From the NCBI GenBank assembly GCA_047459115.1, contig VSCG01000001.1, forward strand, positions 10,488-74,487: a stretch of DNA of 64,000 nt, given 5' to 3'. Source of the stretch: Micromonosporaceae bacterium (lineage in GTDB: Bacteria > Actinomycetota > Actinomycetes > Mycobacteriales > Micromonosporaceae). The notes beneath the pieces are model-generated. The model saw only the letters and a list, made by a program, of their open reading frames with translations, searched no databases and was not told the DNA's origin. Shown one piece after another: positions 1-8,917 of this stretch (position 1 is its first letter; every line of letters begins with the position of its first letter). The translations under genes and the position numbers were made by a program.

Positions 1-1407
1 GGTGAGCAAAAACGCCTTCGCCCCGTCAGGCCGCCAGCCGGCCGGCCACCCCATCTCGACCACGATCACCGGGTACGCCGTGACCAGCGCCTCGATCAGC
101 GCGCGGGCGGCGGGTTTGCGGTGGGTGTGCCGGGTGACGACGACGATCGGCCGGCCGGCTGCAGCCGCGACCAGGTCGTCCACGGTGGTCTGCTCGGCGG
201 TGACCCGCAGGTGCTCCGGGGCGCCCGGCCGGCCGGCGTCGGGCAGGTGCGGGGCGAGCCCCCACGGCACCCGGCCTTCGGCGATCGTGGACTCGATCTC
301 GATCTGCACGACCAGCGGCGTCCGGTCCAGGTCGACCGATCCCGTGACGTGCACCGCGCGGCGCGCCGCGGCGTACCCCAGGTCGGGGTCGTGCTCGTCG
401 GCGCCCTCGCCGAGCGTCCAGGCGGCGAGCGCGGCGGCACGAACGCACGCCTCTTCCAGCCGCCCGGCGGGCAGCCGGCCGTCACGGACCGCGGCGACGA
501 TCTCCGCGACGGTCGCCTCGACGAGGTCGGCGTCGACCACGGACCCGATGCACATCAGGTCCGCACCGGCGGCCAGCGCGCGCACGGCCGCCTGGGGCAC
601 CCCGCCCGCGGCCTTGACCGAGCCCTTCATCTCCAGCGCGTCCGTGATCACCGCTCCGGTGAAGCCGAGTTCGCCGCGCAGCAGGTCGACCAGCGCCGCC
701 CGGCTGAACGTCGCCGGCCCGTCGCCGGTCAGCGCCGGCACCCGGATGTGTGCCGTCATGACCGCCTTGACGTCGGCCGCGATGGCCGCGCAGAAGGGCG
801 GCAGTTCCCGTACCCGCAGGGTGTCCAGCGGGGCGTCCACGATGGGCAGCTCGTGGTGCGAGTCGGTGTCGGTGGCGCCGTGCCCGGGGAAGTGCTTGGC
901 GCAGGCCGCGACACCGGCCTGTTGCAGGCCCGTCACCGCGGCCACGGCGTGCGCGGCCACCCGGGCGGGGTCCGCCGCGAACGAGCGGGTGCCGATGACC
1001 GGATTGTCGTGGGTGGTGTTGACGTCGACGCTGGGCGCGAGGTTGACGTTGACCCCGACCGCCGCGAGTTCAGCGCCGATCTGCCGGTAGACGCGCCGGG
1101 TGAGCGACACGTCGTGCACCGCGCCCAGCGCGGCGTTGCCCGGGTACGGGCTGCCGGTGGCGTGCGCGAGCCGGGTGACGTCCCCGCCCTCCTCGTCGAT
1201 AGCGACCAGCACGTCGGGGCGGGCGGCGCGCAGCCGGGCGGTCAGCTCGGCGAGCTGGGCCGGGTCGGCGACGTTGTAGCCGAACAGGACGTGCCCGGCG
1301 AGGCCCTGCTCGACGAACGCGGTCGCCCACGCGGGCGGCCTATGCCCGGGAAATGCGGCGAGCAGCGTGCCCAGCGCGAGTCGGCGAAGCTGCGGATCGG
1401 TCTGCAC
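1..1407 (-). CDS. Glycoside hydrolase family 3 beta-N-acetylhexosaminidase-like protein (NagZ-type); C-terminus runs off the left window edge
   Basis: Absent from the ORF track because no stop lies in the window. My translation from GTG at 1407 (GGAGG a few nt upstream) reads VQTDPQLRRLALGTLLAAFPG...VAIDEEGGDVTRL...NLAPSVDVNTTHDNPVIGTRSF...AKHFPGHGATDTDSHHELP, a typical GH3 NagZ signature. The + strand ORF 121..1548 is its antisense shadow. Confidence 0.8.
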   Translation of the reverse strand, partial: MQTDPQLRRLALGTLLAAFPGHRPPAWATAFVEQGLAGHVLFGYNVADPAQLAELTARLRAARPDVLVAIDEEGGDVTRLAHATGSPYPGNAALGAVHDVSLTRRVYRQIGAELAAVGVNVNLAPSVDVNTTHDNPVIGTRSFAADPARVAAHAVAAVTGLQQAGVAACAKHFPGHGATDTDSHHELPIVDAPLDTLRVRELPPFCAAIAADVKAVMTAHIRVPALTGDGPATFSRAALVDLLRGELGFTGAVITDALEMKGSVKAAGGVPQAAVRALAAGADLMCIGSVVDADLVEATVAEIVAAVRDGRLPAGRLEEACVRAAALAAWTLGEGADEHDPDLGYAAARRAVHVTGSVDLDRTPLVVQIEIESTIAEGRVPWGLAPHLPDAGRPGAPEHLRVTAEQTTVDDLVAAAAGRPIVVVTRHTHRKPAARALIEALVTAYPVIVVEMGWPAGWRPDGAKAFLLT

Positions 1408-1504
1408 GAGCGCCTCCTGTTCTCGCCTCCGTCGCGAACCGTTCCCGCGGACCGGGCTCGTCCTCCGGCGCCGGCCTCGAAACGGTTGAAGCTATCCTGC
1501 CCGA

Positions 1505-2281
1505 ATGGCCGCCTCTCCTGTCGCCCCCTGGTCCGACGGTTCCGGTGACGCGGCCGCGTTGTCCCCAGCAGCGTCGCGGCCGGCCGCCGCGGACTTCTTG
1601 GCGAGCAACCGGGGCGGGGGGTTGTTCAGCGAGGCGGTCAACCAGCGGCTCGGGGCGTACCTCGCCCTCTCCGCCCACCGGCTGGGTCTGGCGCCCACGC
1701 ACCTGACCCTGGCCAGCCTGCTCATCGGAGCCGGCAGCTCGCTCGGCGTCACCGTGCTCGCCCCGCGCGCCGCGGCCGGTGACGTGCCCTCCTGGCTGGT
1801 CGGCCTCGCCGCGCTCCTCGCCTGGCACCTCGCCTACAGCCTGGACTGCGCCGACGGCCAACTGGCCCGGGTGACCGGCCGGGCCAGCGCGGCCGGTGCG
1901 CGCGTCGACATCCTCTGCGACGTCGCGGTACACATCTGCCTGGTCACCGCGCTCGCTGCGACCGCGGTGGCGCACGCCCCGGACACCCCCGCCTGGTTCG
2001 TCGCGCTGTTCGCGGGCACCTGGATGGTGAACCTGGTGACCTCGGTGCTCGCCGGCGGCGCCGCCGCCGGCAGTCTGATCACGTCCGGGTCCCTGCCGGT
2101 GCGCGTCCTGAAACTCTCCCGGGACTTCGGCGCGCTGCTCACCGCGTACGCCCTGGTGATCGCGATTATTCCACAGTGGACTGTATGGGCGATGGCCGGG
2201 TCGGCTGGGGTGAACGGGGCATTTCTGGCGTTGAGCATCGGCCAGGCGGTGCGCGCCAGCCTGCGCCACTCTGCGCCATGA
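1505..2281 (+). CDS. CDP-alcohol phosphatidyltransferase family membrane protein (small paralog)
   Basis: 258 aa and hydrophobic. Contains [28 protein letters not shown], which matches the D-x2-DG-x2-AR...G-x3-D-x3-D signature. Confidence 0.8.
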   Translation: MAASPVAPWSDGSGDAAALSPAASRPAAADFLASNRGGGLFSEAVNQRLGAYLALSAHRLGLAPTHLTLASLLIGAGSSLGVTVLAPRAAAGDVPSWLVGLAALLAWHLAYSLDCADGQLARVTGRASAAGARVDILCDVAVHICLVTALAATAVAHAPDTPAWFVALFAGTWMVNLVTSVLAGGAAAGSLITSGSLPVRVLKLSRDFGALLTAYALVIAIIPQWTVWAMAGSAGVNGAFLALSIGQAVRASLRHSAP

Positions 2282-2393
2282 GTCTGCCCGGGCCGAGGTG
2301 TTCGGGCCATATGGTCTCGGTCGACCAGACGTGCCACACTGGCTCTTCGTGCCATGCGCGGACAGTCCAATCTCGCGGATACAGGGCGGCGAA

Positions 2394-3464
2394 TTGAGGG
2401 AAGCTACGACGAACCACACCGACGGGCGGTCCACCGGGCGCAGCCGGGTTGCCTTCATCACCGGCATCACCGGCCAGGACGGCTCCTACCTGGCCGAACT
2501 GCTGCTGTCCAAGGGGTACGAGGTGCACGGCATCATCCGCCGTGCCTCCATGTTCAACACGCACCGGCTCGACGGCGTCTACCAGGACCCGCACGAGAAT
2601 CACCGCCGACTGTTCCTGCACTACGGCGACATCACCGACTCGAGCTGCCTGGTCAACCTGATCCGGGACATCCAGCCCGACGAGGTCTACCACCTCGCCG
2701 CGCAGAGCCACGTGATGGTGAGCTTCGAGATCCCCGAGTACACCGGCCAGGCCACCGCGCTGGGCACGATCCGGTTGCTGGAGGCGATCCGGGCCTCAGG
2801 CATAGACACCCGGTTCTACCAGGCGTCCACCTCCGAGTTGTACGGCGCCATGCCGCCTCCCCAGAACGAGCAGACGCCATTCCATCCGCGCAGCCCGTAC
2901 GGCGTCGCCAAGCTCTACGCGTACTGGTCGACGGTCAACTACCGCACCGCGTATGGCATGCACTGCTCGAACGGGATCCTGTTCAACCACGAGTCGGAGC
3001 GCCGCGGCGAGACGTTCGTGACCCGCAAGATCACCCGGGCGGTGGCGCGGATCAAGGCCGGCCTGCAGGACACGCTCTACCTGGGCAACCTCGACGCGGT
3101 GCGCGACTGGGGCTACGCCCCGGAGTACGTCGAGGGGATGTGGCTGATGCTCCAGCAGGACGTCCCGGACGACTACGTGCTGGCCACCGGCGAGGCCGCG
3201 ACCGTGCGGGAGTTCTGCGAGGCGTCGTTCGCGCACGCGGACCTGGACTGGGAGCGCTACGTGCGCATCGACCCACGCTACGTGCGACCGGCCGAGGTGG
3301 ACCGGCTGATCGGTGACGCGACCAAGGCCCGCGAGAAGCTCGGCTGGGTGCCGAAGACGACCTGGCGCGAGGTGGCCCGGATCATGGTGGAGGCCGACAT
3401 CGCGCAGCTGGACGACGAGCTGTCCGGTCGGGCCGTGCGCATCGACCGTGAGCGCTACGGCTAG
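2394..3464 (+). CDS. gmd: GDP-mannose 4,6-dehydratase
   Basis: [32 protein letters not shown]...[10 protein letters not shown]...[12 protein letters not shown]...[18 protein letters not shown]. The track ORF starts at 2298, but codons 2298-2393 use rare A/T-ending codons, so I prefer TTG 2394. The start is uncertain. Confidence 0.9.
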   Translation: MREATTNHTDGRSTGRSRVAFITGITGQDGSYLAELLLSKGYEVHGIIRRASMFNTHRLDGVYQDPHENHRRLFLHYGDITDSSCLVNLIRDIQPDEVYHLAAQSHVMVSFEIPEYTGQATALGTIRLLEAIRASGIDTRFYQASTSELYGAMPPPQNEQTPFHPRSPYGVAKLYAYWSTVNYRTAYGMHCSNGILFNHESERRGETFVTRKITRAVARIKAGLQDTLYLGNLDAVRDWGYAPEYVEGMWLMLQQDVPDDYVLATGEAATVREFCEASFAHADLDWERYVRIDPRYVRPAEVDRLIGDATKAREKLGWVPKTTWREVARIMVEADIAQLDDELSGRAVRIDRERYG

Positions 3465-4690
3465 CGCCGTGCGGCCGCGAGTGCGGCCACGTCGCGGTAG
3501 ACCGCGAGGAGCGCGGCCAGTCCGGCCGCCGGGCTGAACCACTGTTCGTACCGCCGCCGCGCCACCTCCACGAGGGTGGCGGCCTCGGCCCGGGCCCGCG
3601 GCAGCGCCGCGGCGAGCGCGTCCGACCCAGGGGCCACCACCCAGCCGGCTGCCTGCCCTGCTTGGCCGGCTGCCGTCCGTGGTTGGCCGGCTGCCTCTCC
3701 TGGTTGGTCGGCGCCGATCAGCCACGGCAAGCCACCGTTCGCGGTGGCGAGCACCGGCCGGCCGTTCGCCAGCGCCTCGATGAGCGCCATTGGGCACACC
3801 TCCGGGCAGGTGGACGGCACGACGACCACGGCCGCCCGGCGGATCACCCCGCTGACCTGCGCCGGAGCCAACCGGCCCAGGTACGCCACGTCGCCGCGCG
3901 CCGCCGCGGCCGCCTCGACCGCACCGCGCAGCGGCCCGTCGCCGGCGATCGACAGCCGTCCCAGCGACCCGTCCGGATGCCGCGACCACGCGTCGAGCAG
4001 CAGCCCCACGCCCTTCTCCGGCGACAGCCGCCCGACGAACAGGAACCCGTCCCCGGGTACGGTGTGCAGTCCCGGATCCGGCGCCACGTTCGGCCTGACC
4101 ACCACCCGGTCGTCGGGCACGCCGAGCGCGGACAGGTGCCTTCCAAGGGTCGGGTTCAGCGCGAGAAACCGGTCCACCCGGCGCCACGTGCCGCGGTGCG
4201 CCGCCAGCGCCGTGGCCATCACCACGCTCTGCGCGCGCGATCCGCGGTAGCACCCGTGCCGCACGGCCGGCACCGCCCACGCCCGGCCCACGCACTCCTG
4301 ACACTCCCGCCCCTGCCGGTAGAACACCCCGGACACACAGACGTGCCGGAAGTTGTGGACGGTCTGCACCACCGGTACCCCGTGCGCGTGCGCGGTGCGC
4401 ACCACCCACGGCGAGAGCAGCGGATACGGATTGTGCAGGTGTACGACGTCAGGCCGTTCGGCGGCGAGCAGCGCGGCCAGATCGCGCTGCGCGCGGGGGG
4501 CGTAGATCGGGGACACGGGCAGCAGCGCCCGCTGGGCGGGCGGCAGTGCCGGGATCTCGTCCGAGCTGCGCAGGAACGGCACCACCGCCACCCCGGCCTC
4601 GGCCAGCATCCGCATCTCGGCGTCCACGACGGTGTTCTCTCCCGACGGCTGCGCCGAGGAGTATCTGTTGTGCGCTACGAGGACCTTCAC
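3461..4690 (-). CDS. Glycosyltransferase family 4 (GT-B fold)
   Basis: 409 aa. [22 protein letters not shown] at the N-terminus; [13 protein letters not shown]...[27 protein letters not shown] is a GT4 EX7E-like region. Its stop overlaps the gmd stop within a CTAG. Confidence 0.85.
   Translation of the reverse strand: MKVLVAHNRYSSAQPSGENTVVDAEMRMLAEAGVAVVPFLRSSDEIPALPPAQRALLPVSPIYAPRAQRDLAALLAAERPDVVHLHNPYPLLSPWVVRTAHAHGVPVVQTVHNFRHVCVSGVFYRQGRECQECVGRAWAVPAVRHGCYRGSRAQSVVMATALAAHRGTWRRVDRFLALNPTLGRHLSALGVPDDRVVVRPNVAPDPGLHTVPGDGFLFVGRLSPEKGVGLLLDAWSRHPDGSLGRLSIAGDGPLRGAVEAAAAARGDVAYLGRLAPAQVSGVIRRAAVVVVPSTCPEVCPMALIEALANGRPVLATANGGLPWLIGADQPGEAAGQPRTAAGQAGQAAGWVVAPGSDALAAALPRARAEAATLVEVARRRYEQWFSPAAGLAALLAVYRDVAALAAARR
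3645..3707. repeat. In-frame tandem repeat, 3 x 21 bp, inside the GT4 gene
   Basis: CCGGCTGCCTGCCCTGCTTGG / CCGGCTGCCGTCCGTGGTTGG / CCGGCTGCCTCTCCTGGTTGG. On the minus strand it encodes the heptads [21 protein letters not shown]. Confidence 0.85.
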
Positions 4691-4762
4691 GCCGCCCGTT
4701 TCCTTCAGCGTTGACTAGTCTGACACGCTACCGACCGACTGACGCCGCCGCCGGAGACAGCA

Positions 4763-5731
4763 TTGACCTCGTCCACGTACCGCCATGACCTGCCCCGCGA
4801 CGCGACCGTCTACATCGCCGGCCACCACGGCCTGGTCGGCTCGGCGATCTGGCGGCACTTCCAGGCACAGGGCTTCACGAACCTGGTCGGTCGCCGCTCG
4901 GCCGAACTCGACCTGCGCGACCCGGAGGCGACGAGGGCATTCTTCGCCGAGGTCCGCCCGGCGTACGTCATCGACGCCGCGGCCAGGGTCGGCGGAATCC
5001 TCGCCAACGCCACCTACCCGGCGGAGTTTCTCTCCGACAACCTACGCATCCAGGTCAACCTGCTCGACGCGGCCCGGGAGTTCGGGGTGGTCCGCCTGCT
5101 CTTCCTCGGCTCCAGCTGCATCTACCCCAAGCACGCGCCGCAGCCGATCAGCGAGGACGCACTGCTCACCGGCCCGCTGGAGCCCACCAACGAGGCGTAC
5201 GCGATCGCGAAGATCGCCGGTGTGCTGCACGTGCAGGCCCTGCGCCGCCAGTACGGCTGCTCGTTCATCTCCGCGATGCCGACGAACCTCTACGGCCCGG
5301 GCGACAACTTCGACCCGGAGACATCGCACGTCCTGCCGGCGCTGATCCGGCGCATGCACGAGGCGGTGGAGCGCGGTGACGATACGTTCGTCGTATGGGG
5401 GTCCGGCACGCCGCGCCGGGAGTTCCTGCACACCGACGACCTGGCGGCGGCGTGCCTGACGCTGCTGGAGCGGTACGACGCGGAAGCGCCGGTCAACATC
5501 GGCACCGGGACGGACGTGACCATCCGCGAACTGGCCACGATGGTCGCCGAGGTGGTCGGGTTCCACGGCGACCTGGTCTTCGACACCACGAAGCCCGACG
5601 GCACGCCCCGCAAGCTGCTCGACGTGTCGCGGATCCGTGCGCTCGGCTGGGCGCCGCGAATCGAGCTGCGCGAGGGCATCCGGCAGACCTACGCCTGGTT
5701 CCTGGCCAAGCGTGCCACGGCCCGGGTATGA
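4763..5731 (+). CDS. fcl: GDP-L-fucose synthase (GDP-4-keto-6-deoxy-D-mannose 3,5-epimerase/4-reductase)
   Basis: VYIAGHHGLVGSAI...VIDAAARVGGILAN...FLGSSCIYPK...EPTNEAYAIAKIAG...SAMPTNLYGPGDNF. The TTG start is taken from the track. Confidence 0.9.
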   Translation: MTSSTYRHDLPRDATVYIAGHHGLVGSAIWRHFQAQGFTNLVGRRSAELDLRDPEATRAFFAEVRPAYVIDAAARVGGILANATYPAEFLSDNLRIQVNLLDAAREFGVVRLLFLGSSCIYPKHAPQPISEDALLTGPLEPTNEAYAIAKIAGVLHVQALRRQYGCSFISAMPTNLYGPGDNFDPETSHVLPALIRRMHEAVERGDDTFVVWGSGTPRREFLHTDDLAAACLTLLERYDAEAPVNIGTGTDVTIRELATMVAEVVGFHGDLVFDTTKPDGTPRKLLDVSRIRALGWAPRIELREGIRQTYAWFLAKRATARV

Positions 5732-5764
5732 GCCGGACCACGTGTCCGATTCCTGACCATCGCT

Positions 5765-6634
5765 ATGCCGGGTAAGCTCTGCGCCGGTATGGCGGAGGAC
5801 AGCCGCGTCAATGTGGGCAGTTTCGTCTGCAGTGGTGTGCGCATCGATGACCTGGGCCCGGAGGAAGCGGTAACGCTCCTCCGGCGCTCGCGCTACGGCG
5901 TGGCCCGTAGAGTCCACTTATGCAATGCGTACACCCTTTCGCTCGCGGTCCGGGACGCGAACTACCGGCGGATGCTCAACGAGAGCGACCTGAACTTCGC
6001 CGACGGGCACTATGTGGCGCTCGTGGGTCGACTTCGGGGCCAAGCTGCGATGCGGGCGCGGGTGTATGGCCCGGACCTGATGTTGAACACAATGGATCGC
6101 GGTCGGGCAGAGCGCCTGCGCCACTACCTCTACGGAGCGACGCCCGAGACAGTGATCAGGCTCGCGGAGCGGCTGCGGGAGAGATTCCCGGGTGTGGAGA
6201 TCGTCTCGGTGGAGTCCCCGCCGTTCCGCCCGCTCGACTTGGCGGAGGAGAAGGAACTCCTCGAACGGGTGGAGGCCGTGCGACCAGACATCTTCTGGGT
6301 CGGGCTCGGCACTCCTCGCCAGGACCTCTTCGTCGCCACCTACGCCGAGCGCCTCGGCTGCACGGTGGTCCCCGTCGGTGCGGCATTCGACTTCCATGCA
6401 GGCACCAAGCGGATCGCCCCGAAGATCGTCCAGCGAATGGGCCTGGAGTGGCTCTTCCGCCTGCTGACCGAGCCGATACGGCTGTGGCGGCGCTACTTGT
6501 TCGGAATTCCGATCTTTCTTATGGGCGTGATTGCAGATCACTTCTGGAAGTGGCGCCACTCCACCGGCGAGGCGGCGAACGGGGCATCTGGCTGTGCTCG
6601 TCGAGGTGCCGATCAGGGAAGGCTCATGCCCTAG
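5765..6634 (+). CDS. WecB/TagA/CpsF family glycosyltransferase (GT26)
   Basis: LCNAYTLSLA...NFADGHYVA...YGPDLM...YLYGATPE...PPFRPL...DIFWVGLGTPRQDLF...VGAAFDFHAGTKRIAPKIVQRMGLEWLFRLLTEP. The start may instead be ATG 5789. Confidence 0.85.
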   Translation: MPGKLCAGMAEDSRVNVGSFVCSGVRIDDLGPEEAVTLLRRSRYGVARRVHLCNAYTLSLAVRDANYRRMLNESDLNFADGHYVALVGRLRGQAAMRARVYGPDLMLNTMDRGRAERLRHYLYGATPETVIRLAERLRERFPGVEIVSVESPPFRPLDLAEEKELLERVEAVRPDIFWVGLGTPRQDLFVATYAERLGCTVVPVGAAFDFHAGTKRIAPKIVQRMGLEWLFRLLTEPIRLWRRYLFGIPIFLMGVIADHFWKWRHSTGEAANGASGCARRGADQGRLMP

Positions 6635-6757
6635 CGGCGGAGTCGTCCTTATCCCGTATATGTCTGATCTCGCTGAACCTCGGCCCGGCGGTGCGATGGT
6701 GCCCCGTCGGTCAGCTGCCGGCCCGACTCTCCCAGTAGAGCGCGATCGGGAGTTTGC

Positions 6758-8917
6758 GTGACCGTCGCCGTAGTGTTCGTGACACAGCCGTCCCCAAGGG
6801 CGCCCGAGCATGCCGCAGCCATTCTGCCCCTGTCCGAGACGACGGTAATCGGGCGGTTGCATGAGCAACTTGTGGCATTTGGGACCAGGGCCATAACGAC
6901 CGTGGCTCGGCCAGAGTTGGTGCCGCATCTGCGCCGGAGGGGTCTTGACGTGATCGAGTCGACGAGCCCGGTCACAGATATGACAATTGCTGCGCGCATT
7001 ATTCGTAGCTCGCTCGATCACGTCGTCATCTGTTCTGGCAACGTCGTAGCGCACCAGGCTGCCCTCGCTTCCCTGACATCCGCGGCAATGCGGCGAAGCG
7101 TTGCCATGGTGGGCGCAATAGATGCGCGTTGTCAGCAGACATCGATACGTTGTGAGCGCGGACGGGTGGTATCCGTGGCGACCGAGTATCATTCGGTCAG
7201 CGGAGCCAATGCGAGCTTTCGCGGGGTCCTCGTGGTCGCCCGTCACCAGGCGCAGACATTTTCGGAAGCCTGCTACCAGCTGGTAAATACGGGTCCGGCC
7301 GATGTGATTTCTGGATGGGGCGGGGCGGTGGAGTTGATGCTCCTGGCCGCCGTTCGTTCCGGAATCCCGATCGGTGCACACGATGTGCGGGGGCTATTTT
7401 GTGCCCGGGTCGCCACAGAGGAGGACGTCATTGTCGCGGCTGAGCGACTCCACGCCGTTGATGAGCGCGCGGCGTTGCTCAAGGCAGCCGTCAAACCACA
7501 CGACGACCTCTTCGCCACTTTCGGCGTAAGCCCCTTCTCACCGCAGGTGGTGCGATGGGCGGCACGATGGCGGCTCACGCCGACTCAGGTGACCTGGTTT
7601 TCTGTGGTGCTTGCGGTGGGCGCAGCGCTGGCCTTCGCGTTAGGGGATCGAGAGTTCAGGATTGCTGGCGCGATCCTCCTGTACCTGAGCTTCGTACTTG
7701 ATTGTGTGGACGGTCAACTGGCACGGTTCACCGGCCGCTTTTCCTCCTACGGTGGCTGGCTCGACGCCATTTCCGATCGGGTCAAGGAATATATCGTCTA
7801 TGCAGGACTCGCCATCGGAGCAGCCCATACTGGCACTGCTGATGTATGGCCGATCGCGCTGGCAGCAATTGCTCTGCAGACTGCTCGTCATATGACCGAT
7901 ACCTGGTACGGCGCGATTCAGGATGAGCATATTGACCGCAGAACACGGGCCCCACTTGATGTGTCGGCGGATGGATTCGCAGCAACGCCGCAACCGCCCG
8001 GGCGCTCATTCAGCCTGCGCCTAGGCTCAGCCCTCGGTTACCTCTCCGCGCGCGCACATGACAATCGGCAATCGGTGCTGTACTGGGTCAAGCGTACCCT
8101 TCCCTTTCCGATAGGCGAGAGATGGCTGCTGATCGGCGTAACGGCAGCGGTGTTCGACGCGCGAATCACATTCGTCTGCTTGCTATCCGGCGCGGCCATC
8201 GCCGCGATCTATACCCTGACGGGCCGGATACTACGCGCACGAATCATTAGGGCGTCCGCACTTGGACGTCACGGAACCTTTCTGCATCGCGACTCCGGTG
8301 CCGTCGATCGGTTCTTGGGATGGATCGGACAGGGAAGGCTGCGGCCGCTTCCAATTGCGCTCATAGCGGCTCTGCCGACAGTCGCGCTCTTGAGCTTAGA
8401 CTCGCTGGGGCTGGCCGCACGACAGCTCACCGCCACGGATGACCGGCTGATCGTGACGGCCGGACTGATCTTGTTAGGGGCTGGGCTGGGAGCTGGTCAT
8501 CCCCACAACGGTCCACTGGACTGGTTGGTGCCTGCGGCGCTCCGCGGCGCTGAATATCTCTTCATTCTGCTCGTTGCCCGTAACGAGGGTGTGTCTCCAC
8601 TGTTGGCATTCGCCTTGATCGGCGCGGTCACCGTCTTCCATTACGACCTAGCCGCCCGGCACGACACTCGGTCGTCACCGTTACCGGTCCGACGGATCGG
8701 GTTCGGCTGGGACGTGCGTGTCCTTTTCATGACGCTTGCAGCAGGCCTGGGGGCGGGAACTTTGCTATTCGCGAGCCTTCTGAGTTACCTCTCGGTGGTG
8801 TTTATCGTGGCTGCCTTATTCGGTGTATACAGAAGCCGCCGGGATTTGATTGGGCCGGTCCCACCTCGGCAGCATATTCGACACAATGAGACAGAAGCGG
8901 CGATTGTCGAGCGATGA
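6758..8917 (+). CDS. Three-part membrane protein: nucleotidyltransferase-like N-domain without a recognisable signature, CDP-alcohol phosphotransferase domain, and a C-terminal polytopic region
   Basis: 719 aa. Residues about 1-200 look like an NTP-transferase fold but lack a G-x-G-x-R-L loop (VFVTQPSPRAPEH instead). The middle has LDCVDGQLARFTGRFSSYGGWLDAISDRVKE, the CDP-OH-PT signature. The C-terminal ~300 aa are multi-TM; I recall such tails being catalogued as DUF5941, which needs checking. Its stop overlaps the next start (ATGA at 8914-8917). Confidence 0.75.
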   Translation: MTVAVVFVTQPSPRAPEHAAAILPLSETTVIGRLHEQLVAFGTRAITTVARPELVPHLRRRGLDVIESTSPVTDMTIAARIIRSSLDHVVICSGNVVAHQAALASLTSAAMRRSVAMVGAIDARCQQTSIRCERGRVVSVATEYHSVSGANASFRGVLVVARHQAQTFSEACYQLVNTGPADVISGWGGAVELMLLAAVRSGIPIGAHDVRGLFCARVATEEDVIVAAERLHAVDERAALLKAAVKPHDDLFATFGVSPFSPQVVRWAARWRLTPTQVTWFSVVLAVGAALAFALGDREFRIAGAILLYLSFVLDCVDGQLARFTGRFSSYGGWLDAISDRVKEYIVYAGLAIGAAHTGTADVWPIALAAIALQTARHMTDTWYGAIQDEHIDRRTRAPLDVSADGFAATPQPPGRSFSLRLGSALGYLSARAHDNRQSVLYWVKRTLPFPIGERWLLIGVTAAVFDARITFVCLLSGAAIAAIYTLTGRILRARIIRASALGRHGTFLHRDSGAVDRFLGWIGQGRLRPLPIALIAALPTVALLSLDSLGLAARQLTATDDRLIVTAGLILLGAGLGAGHPHNGPLDWLVPAALRGAEYLFILLVARNEGVSPLLAFALIGAVTVFHYDLAARHDTRSSPLPVRRIGFGWDVRVLFMTLAAGLGAGTLLFASLLSYLSVVFIVAALFGVYRSRRDLIGPVPPRQHIRHNETEAAIVER

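Noticed and set aside
121-1548. 475-aa plus-strand ORF (also 2..1090) at the left edge
   Set aside because: It is antisense to the GH3 hexosaminidase gene, which reads cleanly on the minus strand. D/G/R/V/H-rich composition is typical of the complementary frame.
5918-7381. 487-aa minus-strand ORF inside the low-GC cassette
   Set aside because: It overlaps the GT26 gene and the start of the 719-aa fusion on the opposite strand. It has no motifs, and the plus-strand genes explain the region.
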